From NCBI RefSeq assembly GCF_039654945.1, contig NW_027361771.1, positions 17,298,001-17,362,000 on the forward strand: DNA of 64,000 nt, read 5' to 3'. A program made the translations under genes and the position numbers. The notes below the pieces were generated by a model. It was given only the letters and a program-made list of their open reading frames with translations. It made no database searches and was not told the origin of the DNA. Of the stretch, positions 1-10,782 are shown in pieces. The first letter of the stretch is position 1. Each line of letters opens with the position of its first letter. This DNA is from Dendrobates tinctorius (Eukaryota).

Positions 1-949
1 CTATTTCAGTCAAATTTGTGGTCCAAAATTGGTATAATTTTCCTTCCCCTCCGAGCCCTGCTGTGTGTTCAAACAGAAGTTTTTGACTACATGTTGGATA
101 TCTTCACGCTCAGAAGAAAGTAGGTAACAAACTTTGTGGTTCAATTTTTTTATGATACCACTTGCAAAACTGAAAACGTTGGGTCCAAATCATCATTTTT
201 GTGAAAAAAAGAACATTTTCTATATGCTGCTTCCTTTCAGAGCCCGGCTGTTTGTCCAAACAGAGGTTTATGAGCAAATCAGTATGCTCATAACAAACAA
301 GGTACTAAATAGTAAGGTCAATTTTTGTGTGCTATTCCTTGTAAAATTGAAAAATTTGGTGCTAAAGCAACATTTTAGAGTCAAAATTGCAATATATTTT
401 TTTTCATTTGACTTTGCATTCATTCCTGGGTAGCACTTGAAGGGTTAAAACTTTCCTTGACAGCAGTTTTGAAGTTTGAGGTTAGCCGTTTTTAAAATTG
501 TATCACTTTTGGGGAGTCTCCAATATATTGACCCTGCAAAGTCCATTCAAATCTGAATAAGTCTGTAAACAAACATTTTGAAAAAATGAGAAATTAATAC
601 TAAACTTTTAACCCTTCTAACATCCTAACAAAATTAAATTACATTTGAAAATTCATGCAGATGTAACTTGGACATATGGGAATTGTTATCTATTAATTAT
701 TTTGTAAAGCATGACCGGTTTAAGAACATAGACATTGAAAATTGTGAATTTTTCAAAATGTTCTACAAATTTCCAATATTTTCACAAATAAACAGAACTT
801 ACATCGACCTAAATTTACCACCAACAGAAAGAACAATGTGTCACTATGATACATTTAAGCATTAGTTATTACCTCATGAAGTGACACTGGTCAAATTTCC
901 AAAATTTGATCTGGTCATTATGGTTAAAATTGACTCTGTCACTAAGTGG
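1..949 (-). mobile_element. End of a TTAA-flanked piggyBac-like non-autonomous element (runs off the window start)
   Basis: Ends ...gtcactaagtgg followed by TTAA (950-953). Its reverse complement resembles the left ends at 7231 and 10783, and internal sequence matches theirs in reverse. Confidence 0.6.
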
Positions 950-1263
950 TTAAATTGACAGTTCTAGGTACCTGCAGGCATTATTAGAGGAACTTGCAAA
1001 GGACAGAATTACTATGTACAAGTATATTATCCAATTGAACTTCATAAAAAATTCACATTCAGTAAACTCCCCACAGTGGTGGTTTTAGGGAGGAATAATT
1101 TAATAATTTACCTATACAAAGGGAAACAAAACTATGCTCAAACAATATTTTAAACATAGTCGGAAAGAAACGTACCCATTTACTTTTGAAATCTGCACTT
1201 ACCCTTGAAAGCCATGAACTGCATATATTTTTTTATTTTACAAATTGCAACAATGTTCATGAT

Positions 1264-1362
1264 TAGGGATGAATGGACACAAAGATGTTCGGGTTCATCG
1301 GGTTCTGCCGAACTTGTGTCCAAAGCTTAGTTCGGATACCAGAACCTGAACTTGAACCCAAA
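1264..1362 (+). mobile_element. hAT-type MITE terminal fragment
   Basis: Starts TAGGGATG followed by gttcgggttc/ccgaac subterminal motifs, like other TAG(G/A)G(A/T)TG-ended elements in the window. Confidence 0.4.
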
Positions 1363-1369
1363 TATATAT

Positions 1370-2211
1370 TGTTGTGCTGCGGGGTTTACACAGTGCTACA
1401 GATGGGCAAGGACCACAGAAAGTTCAACATAAAATAGCTTTATTTTCAGGGCTCACTAACAGAAAACTATATCCTCTGGTTCACAGCTATGTTCCCAAAA
1501 GTTGTCCGTGTTCCAACCCATTGCTGTGGGCGATGGTACCGCTGTAATCCCAGGGTGCATCATCTGCTTTGAAGCCCTTGGCTCTGTGTTAGCTTCACAC
1601 AGGCCTCATGCCCTGCAGCTTGCAAAACTAAAACTGACACACCCAAGACAAAACCGAGAGAATAAATGGTAAGTATGGATATAGAGCCGCTCTCAAAATC
1701 CAGATTGGAGAGAAGAATTTGCCCCACTACCAAACCTGCAAATCCCCCGAAAAATTAAAGCCCATGACAGGTTGTGGTAAAATGTATTTATTTTACTCAT
1801 TTATATAGCGTCATTAATTCCACAGCTCTTTACAGACATTATTGGCACTGTCCTCGAAAGGGCGCACAATCTAAATTCCTTATCAGTATGTCTTTGGAAT
1901 GTGGGAGGAAACCGGAGTACCCGGAGGAAACCCATGCAAACAGGGGGAGAACATACTAACTCTTTGCAGATGTTGTCCTTGGTGGGATTTGAATCCAGGA
2001 CCCCAGTGCTGCAAGGCTGCAGTGCTAACTACTGAGCCACCGTGCCGCCCTGTGACTAATTTGACCAAATCCACACTTACTTTTATTTTGCCTTGCAATT
2101 CACAGGCATTTGTTGGAAACACCAAGCACTCCAGTGGGTATAATACACCTCTGTACGCATCCAGGGGGACACATACCAGCCCTCATATATGATCTCCCTC
2201 ACTGCCTCACA
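1370..2211 (-). repeat. 3' LTR of the Gmr1-like element (interrupted by a SINE)
   Basis: TG...CA ends. 1410-1770 and 2052-2135 align with 6730-7226, and terminal ccctcactgcctcaca recurs at 10290-10305. Confidence 0.8.
1785..2050 (-). mobile_element. tRNA-derived V-SINE-type SINE with L2-like tail
   Basis: Head GGGCGGCACGGTGGCTCAGT (A box) and GGATTCAAATCC (B box), core GGGTTTCCTCCGGGTACTCCGGTTTCCTCCCACA, 3' stem-loop tail. Confidence 0.85.
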
Positions 2212-2225
2212 TATCTCCCCTCCGT
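2212..2225 (-). promoter_or_regulatory. Polypurine tract
   Basis: Minus strand AACGGAGGGGAGATA immediately precedes the LTR's TG. Confidence 0.7.
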
Positions 2226-2331
2226 TCAGACTTGTGGGGTTGAACACTTGTCACCATACAGGGTGCCGTGACAAGGCATCTACATTTCCTTGAACCTTTC
2301 CGGCTCAATGTTCCACAGTGAAGCTAAAGTT

Positions 2332-3290
2332 TTACAGTGACAGGAACCGCCTGGTGACCCGAGCATTTCTCTCCTTGGCATTTCTCACCCACACCAAGAG
2401 TGAATCGTCTGTCACCATGCAAAACTGTTGTCCAAGCAAATAATAGCGTAGGGACTGCAAGGCCCACTTAATGACAAAGCACTCCTCCACTACACTATAA
2501 TTTTTCTCAGTCGGGGTAGGTTTCCTTCTCAGGTAGGTAACCAGATGTTCTTCTCCATTGACCTCCTGTGACAGGACAGCTCCTAGGCCTAGCTCAGAGG
2601 CATTTGTTTGCACGATGAAGTCTTTCTTGAAGTTGGGGCTAGTGAGGATGGGCTGTCTGCACACCAACTTCATAGATAGGTACACTTCCTCCCCTTGAGG
2701 GTTCCACTGGACCATGACTGACTTCTTTTCCTTTAAGAGATTGATCACGGGTGCTGTTCTCCCAGCAAAATTAGGTATGAACTGTTGATAATACCCAATG
2801 ATGCCGAAGAATGCTCTTACCTGTTTAGTAGTAACAGGCCGGGGCCAGTTTTAAATGGCCTCAATCTTTTTTATGTGGGGTTTGATAACCCCATGGCCGA
2901 TCACGTACCCTAAGTACTGGGCTTCCTCAAGACCTATCACACATTTTTCAGATTCGCTGTCAAGCCCGCATCTCTGAGAGAATTCACTACCACTTGTACC
3001 TGGGTAAAGTGGGTATGCAAGTACTAAACTTACTAAAGATGATGATATCATATAGTGATAAAGACCCTCCAGTATTATAAATGCGGTCTTTTCTTTCACC
3101 GACGCTGTAATAGGAACTTGCCAGTAACCCTTGATCAGATCAAGCGTGGTAAAGTAATGGGCCTGCCCCAGTCGCTCAATGAGCTTGTCCACCTGGGGCA
3201 TTGGATAAAAGTAAAATTTTGACACTTCTTTCAATTTTAGGAAAACATTACATAATATTAACTATCCGTATGGCTTTGGAATCAGTACAA
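2332..3290 (-). pseudogene. Gypsy RT-RNase H remnant
   Basis: YPMPQVDKLIERLG..TTLDLIKGYWQVP..EKTAF (RT). FIVQTNASELGLGAVLSQ..NYSVVEEC..W..YYLLG..VTD (RNase H). Frameshifted. Confidence 0.85.
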
Positions 3291-3329
3291 TGATTTTAGC
3301 AGATTTATATGATACAACTGTTCGTGTTT

Positions 3330-4800
3330 TCTTTTCCTAGGCTAGTATTCTCAGTACTTCATGCTCCCAAACTTTTCCTGGACTTAATACGGCCCTTGCC
3401 ACGTGACTATAAGCTTACTTTTGGAGGTGGGTGCTAAGACTAATACCCAATCTTCTTCCTTAAAGGACCGTACTGTGCCTGAGCATTCACTAAATGTTTT
3501 TTAACTATAGGCATGACTGCTGCAATCCGGTCCCGCATAATGGCCACGTGCTTTATTATACTCTTAGGCTCCTTAAATTATAATTCTGCCAGCAAAAGAA
3601 ATATAAAAATGCAAAATGTTTTTATTCAGCAAAAAATGTATATAAAATCAATACATACATTTAATAAACAGGGTGGGGAAAACCTCCTCGGGGGAAGTGC
3701 AAATAAGCTGTATATATCTACTCCATAAATGATAAAGGAAATCAATCCTTTATGGGCCACGGGAAGTATTCACAATGCATAATGTAATAGGGCATGAACT
3801 CACAAAAATGTCATGGTGCTTGACAAGAATCATCCCTGCAGGATAGCATATGAAGCTTTGACGCGACACAGCATTAAATCACAAGCAGTATAAGTAATGA
3901 GAGCAGCCTAAATGCTAAATAGTAGATCTGTCTGTGAAGCCATGCTTCTATAATGTACAAAATAACAAATATTTTGAATAGTATGTAGACATTACACAAA
4001 GTAAACTATAGTAAGGAGTACATTACCTGAATGATTAGAGCAACGGAGACCAGATATACAAGGGATTCAGCCATGCTGCAGCCTTGCAGCGCGAATCCCA
4101 GCAAGGACAACATCTGCAAGGAGTTTGTATGTTCTCCCCGTGTTTCCATGGGTTTTCTCCGGGTACTCCGGGATCCTCCCACATTCCAAAGACATACTGA
4201 TAAGGAATTTAGATTGTGAGCACCATTAGGGACAGTGATTATAATGTGTGCAAACTGTAAAGCGCTGCAGAATATGTTAGCGCTATATAAAAATAAAGAT
4301 TATTATTATTATTACACTTCCCTGACCCCTATGCTGTTTCGCATAACGCTTATTCTGGGGGGGTGACCATTGCTCTTCTAACCACACAGGTGATAAATTT
4401 ACCACTAAGTTGGTGGCCACGGGCGAATTTTACTATTGGTCCCACCAGATCCATTACAATCCACTAAAAAGTTACCTCTATAATGGGTAGAAGTACCAAT
4501 GGATTTCAGAAGTTGGTGGTGGGTGAGGTCAGTTGACACTCAGGACACATCTCGCAAAATTTCTGTACCTTGACGTAGACTGTAGATCAAAAGAATCATT
4601 GTGAAATATGTTCCTGTGTCTTTTTGATGCCTAAATGTCCACCCAGCATGTGTGTGTGAGCCATTTTGAGCACCGCCCGACTATAGGATTGGGGCACTAC
4701 CAGCTGTTCCACTACTTCATTCCCGATTTTGTCAACCCTATAAAGTAACTCCTAGTTGACCACCATGCTTCGAAATACCACCTCTGCACCTGGTTGCTAA
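3330..4800 (-). pseudogene. Integrase remnants upstream of RT, split by an insertion at about 3575-4370
   Basis: About 4530-4665 reads AHTHMLGGHLGIKKT...FCEMCPECQ (H2C2). About 3480-3560 reads HVAIMRDRIAAVMPIVKKHL (C-terminal part). Confidence 0.7.
4072..4313 (+). mobile_element. 5'-truncated V-SINE copy
   Basis: Same core as 1785-2050, ends with an (ATT)n tail. Confidence 0.8.
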
Positions 4801-5245
4801 GCCACCTCATTTACCTCTATCACTCTTTCCCATGAACAGGTCAGAGTGGGATCCTGGAGCTGGGCTGTCCCAATTGTTCCCCGGGCACTTCCAGTTCTGG
4901 AATTGTCTGGGTCTCTTCGATCTCTACTGCTATCACCTCTAGGGAAAACCTATTGGGGTCACATTCCTTCCCAATGAAGGTGACCCCACCGGCAGGAATC
5001 TCTGTCTCAGCATCTTCGGGCTCTGCATCCGGGAAAATATTTGCCCTGGGAGGGTTAATTTTATTCTTCCACAGGGCACAGAACAGGAGCAAGTCCCTTC
5101 CCAGCACAGCCCCACAAGGAAGGGTTTTAACTTCCCCCACCACGTGTTTAACATCCCCACATGTTGTAAAAAATGTAACTACCACTGTTGGATACTCACG
5201 AAGTTCACCATGAATGCATAGGACACCCACTTTTTTCTGAGAGGG

Positions 5246-6720
5246 TTATAACCTCGAGATTAATGACTCATGCACAAGTGTCACTATGCTCCCTGAGTCC
5301 AGGAGAGTCTCCGCCTGGTGACCGTTGATGCGCACCTGGCACAGATTGGATTCACCTGCTGGGATGAATGGATCTGTGGTGAAGTCGCCCTGGGCGTACA
5401 CTAACCCACTGCGAGTAAACCCGCTGTCCATGGGTTCCGCTGTCAGGGGCAGTTGGCAACAAAGTTTGTTGGCCCTCGGCACCGTCAACACATAATAGCT
5501 GTGTCATGGCTAGACCACAAGACCAGTTTAGGGAAACAGATCTCTTGTCATTCTCACTTTGGGGTACCCCATCAGTATGGGCTCGGGCCTGACTGGCCCA
5601 GGATCCTGAGCTGGCGGGGCCAGGCGTGATAACTGTAGTGGAGAAGAGTCCCATGTGATGTCCTGAGTGGCTGTATACTGCTCGATCAGGCTAACTACCT
5701 GGTCTAGGGTGACCAAATCCCATTGGTCCACCCAATGCAGAATAGTAGCTGGCAGAGTTCTCATCAGCCAATCAACAATCAGCCTCTACCATCTGGGAAG
5801 GAGTCATATGTCTGAGACCTGGCGGGTCGGGCCTCTACAAAGGACCACTGAAAAACCCATTGTGCCCTTACATACAACTCTGGCAAAAATTAAAAGACCA
5901 CCACATCAAAGCACTGTCATCGACAGCCCAATCACCAGACCTGAACCCAACTGAAAACCTCTGGAATGTAATCAAGAGGATGATGGATAGTCACAAGTCA
6001 TCAAACAAAGAAGAACTGCTTTAATTTTTGCGCTACGAGCAGTGTGAAAGACTGGTGGCAAGCATGCCAAGACACATGAAAGCTGTGATTAAAAATCATG
6101 GTTATTCCACAAGATATTAATTTCTAAACTCTTCCTGAGTTAAAACATGAGTATTGTTGTTTCTAAATGATTATGAACTTGTTTTCTTTACATTATTTGA
6201 AGTCTGAAAGCACTGGTTATTTACTTTAATTTTGACCATTTCTCATTTTTAGAAAAACATACAAAATTTATTGCTTGGAACTTCAGAGTCATGTTGTCAG
6301 TAGTTTATAGAATAAAAGAACTATTTACATTTTACTCAAAAATATACCTAGAGAAAAATCAGACAAACTGAGCATTTTGCAGTGGTCTCTTTATTTTTGC
6401 CAGAGCTGTCAGTGTAAACCCCCAGTTGGGCAAGAATCTCACCTTTCAGTTTCCCATAGTTCAGGGAATCCTCCCGACTGAAGTCAAAGTAGGCCATCTG
6501 GGCATCTCCGATCAGCAAGGGGGGCCACCACTTCAGGCCACTGTGAAAATGGCAAGCTCTCCAGCTCCATTGTACGCTCAAACAAGGTCAGGAAAGCTTC
6601 CATGTTCTTCCCAATGCTGACCGGACTTTGTCCTGGGCCTCAGAACGGATCAGGCTCGCTGGTGGGTGCGCCTCTCTCAATGCCGCAATCTGCTCCAACA
6701 AAAGGTTATTCATCTGCTGC
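5246..6720 (-). pseudogene. Gmr1-like gag (SCAN-related capsid) and protease remnants
   Basis: PLLIGDAQMAYFDF..LNYGKLKGEILAQLGV; RTLPATILHWV..TLDQVVSLIEQY; protease TLLDSGSIVTLV. Interrupted by a Tc1 derivative. Confidence 0.7.
5875..6408 (+). mobile_element. Internally deleted Tc1-like element
   Basis: TIRs caactctggcaaaaat / atttttgccagagctg, TA on the left, remnant SPDLNPTENLW. Confidence 0.8.
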
Positions 6721-6729
6721 TGCTGAGGC

Positions 6730-7226
6730 AGGGACCACAGAAATATCAACATAAAATGACTTTATTTCCAGGACTCACATAAACAGAAAACAATATCCTC
6801 CGGTTTTCAACCGGGTCTCCAAAAATAGTCCATGTTTCAACCCATTAATGTAGGCAATGGCACCGCTAAAACTCCTGGGTGCATCAGCTGCTTTGAAGTC
6901 CCTGGCTCTGTGTTAACTTCACACAGGCATGAGTGCACAGAGCTTCCTACTCTGCAGCTTGCAAAACTAAAACTGACACACCCAAGACAAAACTGAGAGA
7001 TTAAATGGGAATCGTGGACATAAAGCTACTCCAAAAACCTGCAGTGGAGAGAAGGATTTGCACCACTACCAAACCTGCAAATCCCTCTAGAAATAAAAGC
7101 CCATGTTGAGTTTTCCTAAAATCTGACTGGGTCAACTAATTTGACCAAATCAACACTTTCTTGTACTTTTATTTTGCCTTGTAATTCACAGGCATTTTGA
7201 GGTAAACCCAAAGCACTCCAGCGAGT
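6730..7226 (-). repeat. 5' LTR of the Gmr1-like element (remaining tip at 10288-10305)
   Basis: Aligns with the 1410-2135 LTR minus its SINE. Split by the TTAA element at 7227. Confidence 0.8.
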
Positions 7227-7230
7227 TTAA

Positions 7231-10200
7231 CCCCTTAGTGAAGGAGCCAATTTGCAGCTTAATGACCAGGCCAATTTTTACAATTCTGACCACTGTCACT
7301 TTATGAGGTTATAACTCTGGAATGCTTTAACAGATCCCGCTGATTCTGAGAGTGTTTTTTCGTGACATATTTTACTTCATGTTAGTGGTAAAATTTCTTC
7401 GATATGACTTGCATGTATTTATGAGAAAAAAGGAAATATGGCAAAAAATTTTAAAATCTTGCAATTTTCAAACTTTTCATTTTTATGCTCTTGAATCAGA
7501 GAGATATGTCAATCAAAATACTTAATAAAGAACATTTCACACATGTCTACTTTACATTAGCATGATTTTGGAGCCAAAATATTCTTCTGTTATAAGGGTT
7601 AAATGTTGGCCAGCGATTTCTCATTTTTACAGCAAAATTTACAAAACCATTTTTTTAGGGACCACCTCACATTTGATGTCACTTTGAGGGGTCCATATGA
7701 CAGAAAATCCCCAAAAGTGACACCATTCTATAATCTGCACCCCTCGAGGTGCTCAAAACCACATTCAAGAAGTTTTTTAACCCTTTACTTGCCTCACAAG
7801 TGTAAAAAGAGAAAATGAACCACAAAATTTGTTGTGCAATTTCTCCTGAATACACTGATACCCCATAGGTGGGGGTAAACCACTGTTTGGGCGCACAGCC
7901 GGGCTTGGAATGGAAGGAGCGCCGTCTGACTTTTTCAATGCAGAATTGGCTGGAATTGAGATCGGACGCCATGTCGCGTTTGGAGAGCCCCTGAAGTGCC
8001 TAAGCAGTGGAAACCCCCCCACAATTGACACCATTTTTGAAACTAAACCCCTTAAGGGACTTATCTAGATGTGTGGTGAGCACTTTGTACCCCAAAGTAA
8101 TCCACAGAAGTTTATAACGCAGAGCCGTGAAAATAAAAAATCATTTTTTACCTCAAAAATTATTTTTTTAGCCTGCTATTTTTTATTTTCACAAGGGTAA
8201 CAAGAGAAATTGGACCACACAAGTTATCATGCAATTTGTCCTGAGTACGATGATACCCCATATGTGGGGAGGATCCACTGTTTGGGCATATGGCAGAGCT
8301 TGGAAGGGAAGGAGCACTGTTTTGAAATGCAGACTGATGGAATGATCTGCAGGCGTCATGTTGCATTTGCAGAGCCCCTGTTGTGCCTAAACAGTGGAAA
8401 AGCTCCACAAGTGACACCATTTTGGAAACTAGACCCCTTAAGGAACTTATCTAGATGCGTGGTGAGCACTTTGAACCCCCAAGTGCTTCACAAAAGTTTA
8501 TAATGCAGAGCCGTGAAAATAAAGAATATTTTTTTTCCTCAAAAAATGATTTTTTAACCCGATATTTTTATTTTCCCAAGGATAAATGGAGAAATTAGAC
8601 CCTAAAAGTTGTTGTGCAATTTGTCCTGAGTATGCTGATGCCCAATATGTTGGGGTAAACCACTGTTTGGGCACACTTCAAGGCTCGGAAGGGAGGGAGC
8701 ACCGTTTGACTTTTTAAACACAAAATTGGCTGGAATCAATGGTGGCACCATGGTGCGTTTGGAGACCCCCTGATGTGCCTAAACAGTGCAAACCCTCAAT
8801 TCTAATTCAAACCCTAATCCCAACCCTAGTCATAACCTTAACCACAACACTAACTCCAACCCACCCCTAACCCTAATCTTAACCCTAATTCCAACCCTAA
8901 CCCTAATTACAACCCTAACCCTAATCCCAACCCTAACCCTAATTACAACCTTAACCCTATTTCTAACCCTAACCCTAATTCCAACCCTAACCCTAATTCT
9001 AAATCTAATGGAAAAATAAAAATAATTTTTATTTTATTATTTGTCCCTACCTATGGCGGTGATAAAGGGGGGTTTATTTACTAACCCCAACACACCCCTA
9101 ACCCTAATCCCAACCCTAACCATAACTCTAACCACAAACCTAGCCCCAACACACCCCTAACCCTAATCCCAACCCTAGCCATAACCCTAATCCCAACTCT
9201 AACCACAACCCTAACCATAATCCCACAACCCTAGCCATAACCCTAACCACAAACCTAACCCCAACACACCCATATCCCTAAATAGAAAAATCATATTTTT
9301 TCCACAAACATGATCATTTAGTCCCCAATATTTTGCTTTCCCAAGGGTAACAGGAGAAATTGAACCCCGAAAGTTGTTGTCCAGTTTGTCCTGAGTACGC
9401 TGGTAACCCATATGTGGGGGGAACCACTGTTTGGGCACACGCCGGGGCTCAGAAGGGAGGGAGCACCGTTTGACTTTTTGAACGCAAAATTGGCTGGAAT
9501 CAATGGTGGGGCCATGTTGCATTTGGAGACCCCCTAATGTATGTGAATAGTGGAAACCCCTCAATTCTAACTGAACCCTAACCCCAACACACCCCTAACC
9601 CTAACCACAACCCTAATTCCAACCCTAACCACAAGGCTAACAATAATCCCAACCCCAACACACCCCTAAGCCTAATCTTAACCCTAATTCCAACCCCAAC
9701 CCTAATTCCAACCCTAACCCTAATCCCAACCCTAACCCTAATACTAAGCCTCATCCTAACGCTAACCCTAGCCATAATCCCAACCCTAATCCAAACCCTA
9801 ATCCTAATCACAACTCTAAACCCTAATTCCAACCCAAACTCTAATTCCAACCCTAACCTTAATTTCAACCCTAACTCTAATCTAACTCTAACCCTAATGG
9901 GAAAATGAAACTAAATATATTTTCTTTATTTCATTATTTTTCCCTACCTATGGGGCTGATAAAGGGGGGATTATTTACTATTTTTTTATTTTGATCATTG
10001 TGATAGGATCTATCACAGTGACCAAAAATTAACCAATAGGAAAAATCTCACTATTGTTGCAGGGTGCCGGCCGGCAGATCTCGGTGGGCGCACTGCGCAT
10101 GTGCCCCCCATTTTTTTCTGGGAAGAAGATGGTGGTGCCCATGAGGAGAAGCACATGGGCCGGGGAGCACGGGAGAAAATCCGACTCTAGGGGGCGATAT

Positions 10201-10285
10201 ACACTTTTTCCACAGCATCTAATGGCGCTGTGGTTTAAGTACCCTTAACTACCGCTGTCAAAAGGTGTATCGGCGGGCGTTAAGG
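7231..10285 (+). mobile_element. piggyBac-like non-autonomous element A with internal tandem repeats and telomere-like arrays
   Basis: TTAA followed by CCCCTTAGTGA at the left end; right end truncated (gcgttaagg). Internal units of about 400 bp contain cctgagtacgctgataccccatatgtggggg. Confidence 0.7.
8800..9897. repeat. Degenerate (CCCTAA)n telomere-like arrays (8800-9000, 9083-9275, 9565-9897)
   Basis: Runs of aaccct with variants (aattcc, aatccc, aaccac). Confidence 0.85.
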
Positions 10286-10336
10286 ACCCCCCTCACTGCC
10301 TCACATAATATATATGTATATATATTCACACACACA

Positions 10337-10715
10337 CAGTGACATGTAAAAGTTTGGGCACGCCTGATCAAAATTACTGTTATTGGGAACAGTTAAGGAA
10401 GGTAAAGATTAAATGATGTCTAAAAGGCCTAACGTTAACGATGACACATTTCCTTTGTATGGTAGGCAAAAAATATATATGTATTGCCATTTTTACAATT
10501 TAAAAATTACAAGAAAGAAAATGGGCTGCTGCAAAAGTTTGGACACCCTGCATGGTTAGACTAGAAGCACCCCCTTTAGAAAGCATCACAAGTTTTACAT
10601 GCTTTTTGAGCCAGATAAGTCTGTCATTTTTTGTTTGAAGGATTGTCATCTATCCTTCCTTGGAAAATTCTTCCAGTGCTGTTAGATTCCTGGGTCATCT
10701 TGCATGCATTGATAC
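10337..10715 (-). mobile_element. Tc1-like fragment (one IR plus transposase 3' remnant)
   Basis: cagtgacatgtaaaagtttgggcac terminus with an internal direct repeat gcaaaagtttggacaccc. Confidence 0.55.
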
Positions 10716-10782
10716 TTTTAAATCTAGATGTCTCTGTGGTAATTTCCTGAAGAAGAAGCCATAGGCTTTAAAACAAGTTTAA

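Larger units (their letters stand above)
1370..10305 (-). mobile_element. Decayed Gmr1-like Ty3/Gypsy LTR retrotransposon with several nested insertions
   Basis: Two LTR copies and a PPT. Minus-strand remnants occur in the order gag, protease (LLDSG), integrase (H2C2), RT, RNase H. Confidence 0.8.

Noticed and set aside
8786-9868. LTLI/LGLG repeat ORFs, or a true telomere or fusion site
   Set aside because: These are translations of degenerate hexamer arrays located inside a transposon, all in one orientation.
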